Shown: positions 47,277-59,883, counted from the first letter of the whole stretch. The stretch: 63,775 bases of DNA, filler included, from Olpidium bornovanus S191 (GCA_017911155.1; 31 parts of 31 records of this genome joined end to end with filler, not necessarily neighbours in it), one strand, 5' to 3'. The notes: a model not told the origin generated them from the sequence alone. Made by a program: numbers and translations.

Positions 47277-47870
47277 NNNNNNNNNNNNNNNNNNNNNNNN
47301 NNNNNNNNNNNNNNNNNNNNTTAATTAATTAANNNNNNNNNNNNNNNNNNNNNNNNNNNNNNNNNNNNNNNNNNNNCCCCCCCCCCTTGCGCGCTCTTTG
47401 AAGCGACGCGACATCAAAAACAAAAGCAATAAAAGCAGCCGGGGGGGGTGTGGAAAGGGGGAGGAAGGGGCGGGAGGGGACGGGGACGGAAGGAGTGTTT
47501 GGAAATGGTGGTAGTATGATCCCCCCCCACCCCCCCGCGCGATGTCGACCGACACCAACACAAAAGTGTACATGCCTGGGAAGAGTGGGGGAGTTGTAGT
47601 CGGGTGAATGAAACAAGGGGGGATTGGGGGGAAGTGAGGGGTGAAGGGGCTTCCGTAGTCAGCGAACCCGAAGCAACCCTCGGCATTTGAAGCGTCAAGC
47701 GGCTGGCGGGAAAAGAAATGGGGGGGGGGGGTATGAGCTCTGTCAGCATGCGTTTGAATTTTGTTTTTTTTGGAGTGGGCTGAGGAGAGGGAAGACGAGG
47801 TGCCGCTTTCTCCTCCCCCCTTCCCCCCCCCCCGCACCTCCCTCTCCCCACGCGCGAATTCGTTTGACCT

Positions 47871-48460
47871 TCATCTTGCCGTGACCTGCGTCTCGCACGC
47901 CATCTTCCTGGCGATCCCCGCGCAGTACTTTTCGGGGACCCCGAGCTGCCGCAGCTCGGCCAGTTTTCGTTCCTTGACGGCCTCGACTCGCTTCTTCTGC
48001 TGCGCGCGCTCGGTTGACAGCTTGACGCCCTCCATAAAGAACTCGGTCCGCTCTTTGCGCCGCCGCTCTTCCCTTTCGGCGATCTGCGCCTGCAGGGGAG
48101 TGGGGGATGGATAAAAAAAAAAAAAAAAAAAAAGTTAAAACGAAACCACACCCACCCCCCTTCTGCGGACATCTCAGTTTGTGAGGTGGGAAAAGAGGTC
48201 GCCCGTTCCCCCCCCCCCTCCCCTCAAAAAAAGCAAAAATTCGCAGCAAAAAGAGAGAAAGAAAAAAGTTTCCCGCCCCGGAGTAAACCACGGAATCCTC
48301 CCTTTTGGCGCTCCTGGGGAAGAGGGACGCGCGGCGAACCATGCTCGTGCTCTCTTTTACCTGCAGCTCCAAAGAGTAGGCCTTGTTCCGCTCTTGTCTC
48401 CTGTTCTCCTCGAGCGCGAGCTTGTCCTCTTCGATCTTCCGCCTCGCGATGTTCTCGTAG
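47871..48460 (-). CDS. CFAP45: Cilia- and flagella-associated protein 45 (CCDC19, TPH domain), last two exons
   Basis: AQIAEREERRRKERTEFFMEGVKL...VKERKLAELRQLGVPEKYC matches the CFAP45 C-terminal FF.EG..L...K..KL.EL...G.PEKYC pattern. Confidence 0.85.
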
Positions 48461-48659
48461 NNNNNNNNNNNNNNNNNNNNNNNNNNNNNNNNNNNNNNNN
48501 NNNNTTAATTAATTAANNNNNNNNNNNNNNNNNNNNNNNNNNNNNNNNNNNNNNNNNNNNCCGGGCGGGAAAACTCACGCGCGAAATGTATGACGAACCG
48601 CTCAGTGGCAGTGGCGGTTCGGATCTCGGAATACCCGGGGAGGGCGGGGCGGGGGGGCG

Positions 48660-48710
<51 letters not shown>

Positions 48711-48801
48711 GTTTTGCACGACGCAAAACAAGAAACGGAAACTTATTGGTTATATTCGCGGAGACCTGAGGGCGGTACGCCACAGCGGGAATATGACGTG
48801 G

Positions 48802-50226
48802 TCATCGCGAACCGACGCCGGGTACGGTCGAATCCTCCGCACGGCCGCGATGGGCGGCGTCTCCTTCGGCGGCGGGCGGCGCGTCCCGCGCGGCACCGCC
48901 TTCCGGCGCCGAGGAACTGCCGGACGAGGCGCCTTCTGGCGGCGGCGGGAGGGCATCCGAGGGGGGTTGGGACCCGGGAAGTGCAGGCGCGTCGGCCGCC
49001 TTCGAGAACAGCATCTGCTGCACAAGCAAACTCCCGCTTAGGTCAAGACCGGCGGAAGACTTGGAGGGCGAAAGGATCTCGTCTTGCGCGGGAGCGGGGG
49101 AGGAGGAGGCGAACGTACCCGGCGGCGGCGGCGGCGGCTGAGCCCGCGCCGGCGCCTGCTGATCGCGCGGGGGTGACTGGATCGGCGGCGGCTGCGTTGC
49201 AGGCGGCGGCGCCGGCGGTCCGGACCCGGACGGCGACGGGGCGACGGGAGCAGGCTGAGGCGCGGCGTTGCCGGCGTCGTTTATTTCAGGGAAGACGACG
49301 GTCGGGTTTCGCTGGCTCCCCGCGTCCGGCGTCGGTCCGACGGACGCCTCGTCGACCTTCGCGGGCGGCCGGGCGCACCCCGCGTTCCCGAGAGGATCCG
49401 CGGCGGGGCTGTCCATCGCTACCGGTCCGCCTGATCCGGAAGTCGCGCGCAGGCCCGTGTTCGGCGACGCCGCCGGAGGAGTGGACGAGGCCGTCTCGCG
49501 GTCCCGCCCGGCCACTCTCACGCTCTCGTTAACGGCCCACTCGTCTTCCTCCTCCTCCTCCTTAACGCCCTCCTTCTCCCCTCCACACCCTTTTCCTTCC
49601 GCCGCCGTCGCCGCCCCCTGCTCCTCCGGAGACGCCTTCGCGGCTTCCGCGCCGCCGGCCTCCCCGCGCCGCGGGCACTCGCTGACGCTTTGGGAGTGGG
49701 CGTGGCGGGCGGGCGGGAGGGGGCGCGGCGTCCGGAAAAACGGGCGCGCCGCCCGCCGCGGCGGTTGCGCGGACGCCGCCGCCGCCGCGGACGCCGCGGT
49801 TTCGAAAAGGGGCGCGGCCCGGCAACGGACCGCCGACGGCCGCGGCGGACAGGGCGCCGGACCGGCCGCCGCGGTCCGGGCCCGAGGAGTGGCTCCGCGG
49901 GCCGGCGCGCCCCCCAGGCGGGAGAAGGCGCGGGGCGCCGCCTCGCGGAAGACTCCGGTCGCGACGGCGGGCTTGCGGTGCGAAGGCGCCGGGGAGTCGT
50001 GCCGGCGAGGGCGGCCGGAGCGGCGACACCGGACGCAGGCGCCGAATCCGGCGGGGGATTCCACTGTCCTCGGCGGCAGCGCCGGGCCGGAGGCGACCGG
50101 GGGAGCGAGGAAAGTAAGGCCCTGCTGCAGATGCTCGGCCTGGCGGCCCGCCGCCCTCAGCGGCGTGGGCGCCAAAAACCTGCCGGCGTCTGTCCGCCGG
50201 CACGCCGTGGCCACCGCCGATGCCAT
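48802..50226 (-). CDS. Hypothetical low-complexity Pro/Ala/Ser-rich exon
   Basis: 474-codon ORF in very GC-rich DNA; no conserved motif recognised. Confidence 0.45.
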   Translation of the reverse strand: MASAVATACRRTDAGRFLAPTPLRAAGRQAEHLQQGLTFLAPPVASGPALPPRTVESPAGFGACVRCRRSGRPRRHDSPAPSHRKPAVATGVFREAAPRAFSRLGGAPARGATPRARTAAAGPAPCPPRPSAVRCRAAPLFETAASAAAAASAQPPRRAARPFFRTPRPLPPARHAHSQSVSECPRRGEAGGAEAAKASPEEQGAATAAEGKGCGGEKEGVKEEEEEDEWAVNESVRVAGRDRETASSTPPAASPNTGLRATSGSGGPVAMDSPAADPLGNAGCARPPAKVDEASVGPTPDAGSQRNPTVVFPEINDAGNAAPQPAPVAPSPSGSGPPAPPPATQPPPIQSPPRDQQAPARAQPPPPPPGTFASSSPAPAQDEILSPSKSSAGLDLSGSLLVQQMLFSKAADAPALPGSQPPSDALPPPPEGASSGSSSAPEGGAARDAPPAAEGDAAHRGRAEDSTVPGVGSR

Positions 50227-50306
50227 TTCCGGGAGGGCCGGTGGGGTGCCGCGGGGGAAGGTGGGCGCGAGCTCGACTAACTTGTGTGTCCGTATCGTGC
50301 TGGAGG

Positions 50307-50341
<35 letters not shown>

Positions 50342-50522
50342 NNNNNNNNNNNNNNNNNNNNNNNNNNNNNNNNNNNNNNNNNNNNTTAATTAATTAANNN
50401 NNNNNNNNNNNNNNNNNNNNNNNNNNNNNNNNNNNNNNNNNGACGCGATTTCAGGCGTGATGCCTGCCGGAGCCGTGTTGTGCGTAGACATCTTGATTGT
50501 TATTATATAGAGGGGATTCTTT

Positions 50523-50556
<34 letters not shown>

Positions 50557-50791
50557 GGACAAGCCCGCCCCCGTTTCTCTCTCTCTTTCCTCCTCCGCCT
50601 GGGCCCGGTGTGCCCTGCGTGCAGGGCTACGGGCGGGGCGGGAGCGGAGGACGACGAGGAGGAGGACGCGACGCAGGAAGACGAAGAAGAAGAAAGACTC
50701 CGCCGGCGGGAGCGCGAGAGCCGGAAAGGGCTTGCTCTGCTCTCTCGGTCTCTGCTCGCACGCTCTCGCTCTCAGTCCCTCTCTCTTTCCG

Positions 50792-50828
<37 letters not shown>

Positions 50829-51130
50829 CCCCCCCCCCCCCCCCCCCCCCCCCCCTCCCCCCCCCCCCCCCCCCCCGCCGTCCAGTGCGTGCGGGCCCTC
50901 CGTTTGGCACTGGAGGCGGCGTATTCGTTAACGAGGAGCACAGCAACAGGAAAACGCACACAAGAGGAAAACCTGCTGCGTCGCTTCCAGGGCATCTCGC
51001 CGCGTATGTGCTGTATTGGGGCAGTCCGCCGAAATAATAAAAAGGGTGTTTTTACGAGTGGTGGTGGCAGGTGGGTTGCCGGAAAGGAAGGGGGGGAGGA
51101 GTGTGGCAAAGGTTGCCCCGAAATGAATCT

Positions 51131-52679
51131 TTAAAATGTCGCGATCGAGCCCGTTACCGAGGCGTCGGCGCATCCGGATTGCGCCCGCGCGGTTTCGCCA
51201 GGACGAGCGACGGAGGCGGATCCGTCCGGCGGCGGAGAAACGGGCATGCCACCGTCGACCGCCGTCACGCCGAAGGCTTTTCCGGGCCGGGGGGCGATAA
51301 ACCGCCGGGCCTTACCGAGGCGGCCAGCGCGTCGTACTGCGCCCGGAGAACCCGCAACTCGTCGGTTACGAGAGCCAGCTGCTCCGACTGTCTCAAAAAT
51401 GACGCGCGGGCCTCGTTCGCAGCGTTCTCCAACGCGTCGATGGACTCGTCGAGGCCCATGATCCGGTGGCGTTTTTTCCGGTTTGATCTATTTCGCAATG
51501 CCCCCCACACCCACAAAACAAAAAAGACCCCCGCGCGCGCCCCTCCATTGTCAGTCTCCGAAAAATGTCAGGTATTTTTACCCCACGGCCCGGAAGGCGG
51601 AGAGGGCCGGGGTACTTGCAAAGTCCTCACCTCCACGACTCCCAGACGATCACGCTGCCGGCCACCGCGAAGACGATCGACTCCCCGAGAAAATTTGCGC
51701 CCGTTTCAATCGCTCTATTTATGCCAACCAGCGACCCACGCGGTTAGCCCCGTCCCCATCCCCCACCCCTCCACACGCACACTCACAAACCCCCGTAACG
51801 GGGAAAAAGTTCGCCAGATCCGGTGGTTACCGCCGCCGCCACCACCACACACGCACACACACACACACCTCGTGTCGTTAAGCGGCCTAATCGACTCGAC
51901 GTTTTGGTCGAGCAGCCGGATCTTGAGCTGTGTCTGGAAACGGTGAATGCCTTGCGCGAACCCTATGCAAAGCCGTCGGAACTTTGGGTGGTCTTACCTC
52001 CAGAAGGCGGCGAAAAAAAGGATACCAGGAAAAGACGTAAGAAACCAAAAAAAAAAAATGAGGCGGGGGGGGGGAAGGGGCAAGGAGGGCGGGGAGGGGG
52101 GGTTGTTGCTTCTTTTTTTTTTTTTTTCGATCCAGGTTGCGAAAAGCAAGCCGAAAAAAAAAACTAATGAACAAAACGAAGCGGCGTGAGGTCGCGGCGC
52201 CGCGTGCGCGCGCAACGCGCACACACACACTCTTTGTTTGGTTTTTAATCGTTGTCGCCACCGGCTTTGCCAGCGTCCTGATTGATCCGGGGATCCCAGG
52301 TTCGGAAGGAAGCGAGAGAGAAAGCGAGATGCACAAGAAGCGTGTTTTTCGCGCCGCCCGGAAAAAAAAAAATAACAGGATTCAAAGTCAGCGCCGTTAA
52401 GCCTCTTCCCCTTCCGGCGCACGCGCCCCGCCCGCCCCCAAACTCCGACGGCTCTTCCCCTCGCCCCCATTCCGGCGCGGAAAGCACTGCCGCCGCCGCC
52501 GGGCGCCGCGAACGCCCAACGACCCGCCCGCGCGTCCAAGTTTCCGCCTTCCCCCCTCACCCCCCACCCCGCCCGCTGCCCCCTTATCGCCTCCCCGTTT
52601 CTCCGGCCGTGGAGGGGGACGGAGGGAGGGAGTGCCGCACCGACTTTAGCAGCAGCGCACCGAGCTTGAGGGACGCCAT
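51131..52679 (-). CDS. OPA3: OPA3-like mitochondrial protein, multi-exon, probably complete
   Basis: MASLKLGALLLKS|IRTLAKPVATTIKNQ|HPKFRRLCIGFAQGIHR...IRPLNDTR|AIETGANFLGESIVFAVAGSVIVWESWR, followed by a coiled coil. Confidence 0.92.
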
Positions 52680-52949
52680 TTTCTTTTTTTGGATTGAAAA
52701 AAAAAAAAAAAAAAAAAAAAAACCCGGGGGCCCCGTTTCGGGACCGGGGGAAAAAAAAAACCCTTTCCCCCCCCCCCCCCCCCCCCCCCCCCCCGCCCCC
52801 CCGCCGGAACAAAAGGAAAAAAAAAAACATCTTCTTTCGCCAGTTCCCCCAGCAGCACCACCCCCGGCCCGCGGCCCAAACGACACTGTCATCTTCCTCC
52901 TGGACACGACCGAGTAGAAGCGGGCGCAGGCGTTGCCGCTGCTTTACCA

Positions 52950-54945
52950 ACCACTTTGCAGAGTCACTCGAGGTGAAGAACCTTTTTTGCCCGCTGGGCA
53001 CAGCTCAAGGCACTTTACGAGACTGCAAGAAACATTCTGTTGCGAACGGTGCAGGCATACCGGCTGGCTCTCTCGCTGGCGAACTTCCCTTCCTTCAATG
53101 AATACCAAAGCAAGCGGCGCTACATCATTACCACGCTCGCTATATGCAAAAAGAAGCGGATGGAGGGGGAACTCCTCGCGAATACTTTCGACAATGTCGC
53201 CTGCTTCTGCTGAATGCGCGAAGCTATTTCGTGAGCGGGTGTACGACCCTGTCGATAAACTCTTCGCCCGCAATCTCGTCTCTAAACAGCATCACCAACT
53301 GATGCTGACAAATGTTCCCAGTCAAATAGGTTGCGTCGTCAGTGCTGCAGGACATTGTTTCCCGTGAATTGTTGCCACAGGGGCACAACGACAGTCGGGG
53401 TAACCGCGCCGGCCGTGGACGGGGAGAGGTGCTGCGGAAGAAAGCGCAGAAATGGCGTGGCTGGCACCTCCAGTGCCGCCAAAGGCAAGGGCAGAGGCAA
53501 GCCTGTCATCCGCCGTCCCTGCGCAAAGTGCAGACGTATCAATGACCATGCCGGAAAGTGCCGTGCCTCCAAGCCTATGACTGATAGGTGCAGCGTCTCC
53601 GTGCAAAGGACAAGGCTGCTAAAGCGCCGGTCACTACGAACGTCTTTGAGGAAAACGACGTCGACAAGGACAACTACATGAGTACAGACCCACTGACCTG
53701 TCCGCCTTGACAAACTGATCTCTCTCTCGCCCCTTGAGTCCATGAACAATCGGGCTGATGAGACCATATCGATCATAATCGACAGCGAAACACACACTTC
53801 GTACTAAAAAATTGCTGATTTATCTGACGTTGTACACCTTCGAATTGACCGATAATAACAATGCCCGGTACCCGAAACTTTCGATGCAGATTTGGCGAGG
53901 CCTTTTCTAAAGCTGGTCAAACGGCATGACATTACAAAGTGCCGGCTATTCCAACCGGAGGCGCCTCGAAGGCCTCTTGTCTTTCAAGGACATCTACAAC
54001 AATGTCCTGCGCATTGTGACGACAATGTCCGGCTGCCGCGCAGCAAAACACATTGACAGCGCAAATGAAACAGTCGAAAGTTTTCCTGCCGACTCGGACG
54101 GCCTGTGCCAACCAAAGCGCGCTGGCGCTTGAAATGGAATATGCGACCTTCGTCGGGCATGAGCGTTTTTGGACAAATGAGAATGACTATGTTCTGCCAC
54201 ATCTTACCTTGTGGGGGAGGCCGTGTCCCCCGCGACTGTCAAGGATTGCATGCGTGTTTGCTTGCAGAATTCATTACCGAGCCGTCACGACGGAAACTGC
54301 CTGCGGCTGTCGCCGACGTTCTCTGCCGGCTACACGCCGACATCTGCTATCCAGTTGATCATCCTACCGGTCCCAATTCAGGCACTTCCGTGTCCTTGGA
54401 GGCGCATCTGGCAAAGCAGCCTAGCGCACAACTTTTTTCGTTACGGGAATGTGCCTCTGCCAGCATTCTCGTTGCAAGTTATCCACAAACAACAGTCGAA
54501 AAATTTTCTTCTGACTCAGACGGCCTGTGCCGCATGAAAGTTCCAGCAGCGGACCGACCAAAAGAGAAAGACACTCAGATTCGAAACGGAAGGATGCGAT
54601 TGCCGTCCGGCACAAGGCATTTTTGGACAAATGGGGGCTAACGGTGTTTCCGCGGCGTCTTACCTTGTGTTCGAGGCCACGGCCTCCCGCGACTGTCAAG
54701 GACACCCGCAACTTGCCTGCTTGGAAAAATTCATCGCACAGCCTCCAATAACGGAAGCTGCTCGCTGCCCTTCCGGCCACACGCCTTTGTCTGCCGCCCA
54801 ACGGATCATCTCGGCGGTCCCATTCTGACCCTTCCCTTGTTCTCGGAGGCGAGTCTGGCAAAGCAGCCCGAGCGTCCATCTTTATCCCGTCACGGGATTA
54901 TGCCTTTGCCCGGATCCTCGCGCAAAATTGTCATATTCCACGTCC
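52950..54945 (+). mobile_element. Probable decayed retroelement region
   Basis: CAKCRRINDHAGKC knuckle-like motif, IIIDSET protease-like motif, multiple stops and frameshifts, internal duplication. Confidence 0.35.
54069..54945. repeat. Diverged tandem duplication, ~420-455 bp x2
   Basis: Collinear shared blocks aacagtcgaaa, gactc(g/a)gacggcctgtgcc, tttttggacaaatg, tcttaccttgtg, cccgcgactgtcaagga and tctggcaaagcagcc in copies starting at 54069 and 54491. Confidence 0.9.
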
Positions 54946-55811
54946 GTTACCCCTGACCACCAAACCCGCTTCCTCCGCGTCGACAATGCCGCCGAGTTTC
55001 TGGCCGACAATGCCGCCGGGTGGGCGCCGTGATTGGCGCCCCCACTGCCCATGGTAGCCAAAAACGACGCAGCTCGGCAACCATGCAAATTATCTCCTTG
55101 TTCTGTTTGTTGCAGTTAGTTCCAAAGCTTGTTGCTCGCCTGACTGACCTATCTTTTCGCCTGTAGTCCGAGTCCAGTCGGCTGAGCAGCTCAAATGTCA
55201 GCAATTGAATTGAGCTTTGCCCCCGCCGCTGTTTGACCCGGCTGACCAAGTGAGCTCATGGAAATCTTCCCCTGGGCCAGCTGAAGAGCACTGCAGGCAA
55301 GGTAGGCAAGTACTTTGGCAGCAGCCTGCAACAAAATTAAATCTCCAGCTTTTCTGGGAGAGGAGGTAGGTTCTTTGCTGTCAGCAGTATGTTTATTTTG
55401 AGTATGCAGCGTTCATTTGCTCTGACTCAAGGAAACTCGCCTTTTTTTTCCGACACGCGGCCCAGGCGTGTCTTTTCGACAGCACCTATAACCTAATCCA
55501 TTTGTGTCTCGGTAAATGCGGAACTACTATCCATTTTGGGTATATTAGCCGTGTTTGCAGTCCTCGTCCAGTCGAATCCATTATTTCAGGGAAATATTGT
55601 CCGAGTTTCAAACAAGAAAAAATTAGCTTCGCTGTTCTATTTTAGGTTTGCTAAACGGTCGATATATACATACGTACGTACATATATATGTTTTCGGCAG
55701 GCAAAAAAAAANNNNNNNNNNNNNNNNNNNNNNNNNNNNNNNNNNNNNNNNNNNNTTAATTAATTAANNNNNNNNNNNNNNNNNNNNNNNNNNNNNNNNN
55801 NNNNNNNNNNN

Positions 55812-57298
55812 CATGTGCGCCTCATCGTCGGGTTTGATGTTGTAGAAATGCACGTGCGGCAGCAACTTCTTCTCCGCAAGGTTGAGAGTGTAAGCGCTGA
55901 GGAGGCGTTCTTCTTCACCAGTTTCGTGTAGCACAGCCACAGTTGGCTTCGGATAACCGTGCAAGAATTCAACTGCACTGATCTGGTAATCAGGCAGACT
56001 GAAATATTTAATAAAAACATTCTTGTTAAATACAACACTGGTTTTTAAATCACAGAATGCAGGAGACCGTTAATATGCAGCGGACCGATACGATCACCTA
56101 CTCCACTTGATATGCTTCCTTAATATCTCCAATTTGCAGTGTCCTTCCCGAGTCCTTCCCCGAGTATCGACGGGACGCCATCGACCTTGGCCGTTGTGAG
56201 GATTGAGTCTCCAGCGGCAACACGTGGAGTCGGCCTTCGAAAACCAACAGGCCAATGCACGCGAGGTTCGGATCGATACCGCCGCGCTGCCCCTGCTCGG
56301 CAGGGCGGCCGCACGGCTCCGTCATGTCGCCGATGGCTTCGGTAACCAGGCGACCCGTGTCCGCGTCGTATTTTACCACGGCGTACTGGAACCTCTCGGT
56401 CGTCAGGAACAGGAGATCGGTTGTTCTGCCCTTAAAACGCACGTCGCGAAACATTCGGTGCCGAACGGGTTGAGCGAGCAGGTTCCAACGAACGCAAGAC
56501 ACGCTCGCAAGGTTCCCGGCGAATCCGGGTGCCTCGTCCAAGTTCGAGAACGGCAACAAGACGTACTTCGGGTCTGTAGAGCGCCGCAAACGCTATTCGT
56601 CCGTACACCGGATACTCCGCGACGGGCTTGAGTCCTTCCGGGGCGAGTTCAAGGACTTCGAAACGCAGCCCTTTGCTAAAAGAGCCCCCGCGAGCGAAAA
56701 CCCTGCCGATTAGCGGTTTCGCGGGGTCGAGGACAGAACGCCGGGGACGGTGCGGGAAGGATCCGCCGCGACCCGCTTACACAAGAATCACGTTCCTAGC
56801 ATCAGGTCCGGTGAAAGCTCCCCTGAGCGCTATGTGGACGGAATTTTGCCTGGTTGCGCAGTCGCCAGATCCAAACGGGCACGCTAAGAAGCTCGACCCA
56901 GAAGGACGCGCGCGCGCGCGAGCAGGCGGGGGCAGAAGCGGCCTTTTTTTTTTTTCCTTTGGTTTTTGATTCCTTGCTAGTCGAACGCGGGGGCGCGTTC
57001 GAAACGGGACGCAACGTACTTGTGCGCCGAGACCACGTAGTTGTACGTCTGAAACGGAAGCCGTAGAGCGGCGCGCGCACAACCCCGACGGCGGAGGAGA
57101 TACGCGAGCGGTCGAAGCCTGCGTCAGCGCCCGCACTCGCTTTTTTCGGGGCCCTCGAAAGGCAGCACGCGACAGCGCGCCCGCTGATTAAACATGGGGG
57201 AGGGCGCGCGCCCGGTCCGGCCTCCGCGGCCTCTCCCTCTCCCGGCCCCTTCCCTCCCCCCCTTTCCGCCCTCCGCCGAAGCCTCCGCCGCTCACCAT
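55812..57298 (-). CDS. DDB1: DNA damage-binding protein 1, 5' exons
   Basis: M|TYNYVVSAHK, GAFTGPDARNVILV, DLLFLTTER, GRPAEQGQRGGIDP, PTVAVLHE...SAYTLNLAEK. Confidence 0.92.
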
Positions 57299-57558
57299 TG
57301 CGGCGGTCGTGTCCCTACACCGGAAGTGCGTTGTCGCGCCGGCGGGGGTTGGGGGGACGGCGGCGTTTTTGGCGCCGGTTCTTAAAGATTTGGTTCGTTC
57401 GCGCCACCCGACAGGAATTGGGCCGGTTCGGCGAGTTCAGACAGCGAATTGCCGCTCCNNNNNNNNNNNNNNNNNNNNNNNNNNNNNNNNNNNNNNNNNN
57501 NNTTAATTAATTAANNNNNNNNNNNNNNNNNNNNNNNNNNNNNNNNNNNNNNNNNNNN

Positions 57559-58208
57559 CATGTTGTGATTCTGAAAAGATTCAAGATCGCTATGACACCA
57601 CGCCATTGGAGCCAGTGGCGCTATCAATCATTGAGAAAATAGATGGGTACTTCTTGAATGCATATCATCAGGACGTATTATATGTTGTGACATTCTTGGA
57701 TTCCCGGTTTGGTCCTTCATTCTTCAAAATGAATGATTGGGAAGATGCCACTCATCATCAAGGCAAAAGTGCGCGGGAAGTCACCGAGTTAGTTGCTAAG
57801 ATGGCCAGCAACTTCCACATGGAAAGACCGTTGGAGTCAATGTCGACCTCTGGATCTCCCGGCGCAACCAACATGCTGAAAAGTCGACTGTTCAAGAAGG
57901 GCACTCAGCCGATGACAAGCGTTGAGGCTAAGATCAACGCGTATGCGTTTCTCGAACAAGCCGATGGTGATTTAGACATTCTAGCGTTCTGGAGATCACG
58001 CAGCACTGAGTTTCCAACGCTGGCGAAAATGGCGAGAAATGTTTTAGCAATTCAAGCAACCAGCGCACCGTCTGAGCGAGTCTTCTCTTCTGGACGCAGA
58101 GTTCTGAGATGGGACCGCACCCGCATGAGCCCTGAGACGCTTGAAATGTTGGTGTTGATAAAGGATTGGTACAAAGAATTTGGCATTGTGCCGCATAACA
58201 GCATGTAA
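57559..58208 (+). mobile_element. hAT transposase C-terminus (dimerisation domain), open frame
   Basis: FLDSRF; DILAFWRSRSTEFPTLAKMARNVLAIQATSAPSERVFSSGRRVLRWDRTRMSPETLEMLVLIKDW. Confidence 0.96.
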
Positions 58209-58327
58209 AGAAATAAACGTTTAGTAAGAAATAAAAGCAGAAGTAACAAAACGCAGGATCTACTATCATTTACAAATTACAACACCAAACAACCGCATCC
58301 CGCTCCATAGTATTGGAGCCAGCTGCC

Positions 58328-58386
58328 TCGGGTACTGGTACGGGTTTAGGCAATACCCGTACCCGACCCCACGGATAGGAAGCCTA
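58328..58386 (+). mobile_element. Putative 3' subterminal repeats and TIR of the hAT element
   Basis: cgggtactggtacgggt...acccgtacccgaccc inverted ACCCG motifs ending in ggataggaagcCTA (reverse complement TAGGC..., hAT-like). Confidence 0.6.
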
Positions 58387-59488
58387 CTCCCCACCCTCTT
58401 CGAGCCCGCGTGTTTTATTGCAGAACGTCACCTCGGGCCGCGCGAATCGGCCGGCCTCTGGTTACGTAAATTACACTATAAATACAAATAAGAGATTATT
58501 CAACGGAGGAAATATTACTCAAAAATTGCATTTGATCCATTACAAAAGCCTTTCCATTAAATAGAATCTATAACCCAATTTCGCAGGGCCGCGTCAATCG
58601 TGTGGGGGAGGGGGTGAGCGGGGGATGGCTCTAGCGTTCCTTGGGTTTCTTGGGCTCCTTGAGGGCGGTATCGCCGCGAACAGCTCCCGCTTCCGCTGCG
58701 TGCTGGCTTGGCGCGTCTTTGAAACGGCGGGGTCAAACTTAGCCGGTTCTGCGGGCTACCACAGAGACCGTTGCCCAGGAAGCACCGCGTGGAGGTGTTT
58801 GACAAGCTTCCCTTTTCTTTTCCTGGGAAAGAAACCCCTCGATGGGTAACGAAACCAGTTCCTGGTAAAGAACTCATTCAAAAGTTAGCCTGGTGGCGGT
58901 TCGGTTTCGGTGGTTTCGGTGTGGACCCTTCCCGGGAAACTATGATGCGACGTGGCGTCCATTGGACGCCTTGTGTCTTCAAAACACAGCACCGAGAGGA
59001 ACCGCTGGGAACGGCTAGCCGGCTGGGATTGATGTGCAAAGTCACCGGCCGACCACGCGACGACGACCCCACAATACAATCAGCGACAAGCTAGTCGTTC
59101 CCGAGCACCGCGGGATTCACCCTCGGGTTTCAGGTATACACGCTACCCGAGCTCCTCTAGAAATTTCTCCCTTGACGATTAGGTAGACCGGACGCCAAGC
59201 AGCGAGGAAGTGCGCACACCAGACGCGCCATCTACGCCACCGAACCGAACCGCCACCACAAACAAAAGGGCAAATCGACTTACCTTGCACCAAACGCGCG
59301 TTCAAAGGCGAGCGAGTTCCGCGGGACTCGCATCTGACTCAGATGGGCTTTTCTTGACCCCGCGCGCGCGCGTCTTATCTTGGCGAGCGTCGCCGACCGG
59401 GGAGAGCGCCCTTTCGGGCCAGGCGCGGAGGGGGCGGGAGCCGGCGCGCCAATTGAGAGGGGAGCGGCGGGGCGAGGCGAGGCAGGGC

Positions 59489-59662
<174 letters not shown>

Positions 59663-59840
59663 NNNNNNNNNNNNNNNNNNNNNNNNNNNNNNNNNNNNNN
59701 NNNNNNTTAATTAATTAANNNNNNNNNNNNNNNNNNNNNNNNNNNNNNNNNNNNNNNNNNNNATCGGCTGCCCGGAAGCGATGCACATGGGGAACACTAT
59801 TTGGCAATTGGGGCAGAAGTTCTCCCTGGCGCCGAACCGG

Positions 59841-59883
<43 letters not shown>

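Noticed and set aside
28584-48460. Flagellar gene cluster (KAP3 + CFAP45) or any multi-contig gene cluster
   Set aside because: The genes are on different, arbitrarily ordered contigs.
49268-50389. Plus-strand 373-aa ORF overlapping the minus 474-aa ORF (antisense gene pair)
   Set aside because: Very high GC removes stops in several frames; there is no independent evidence.
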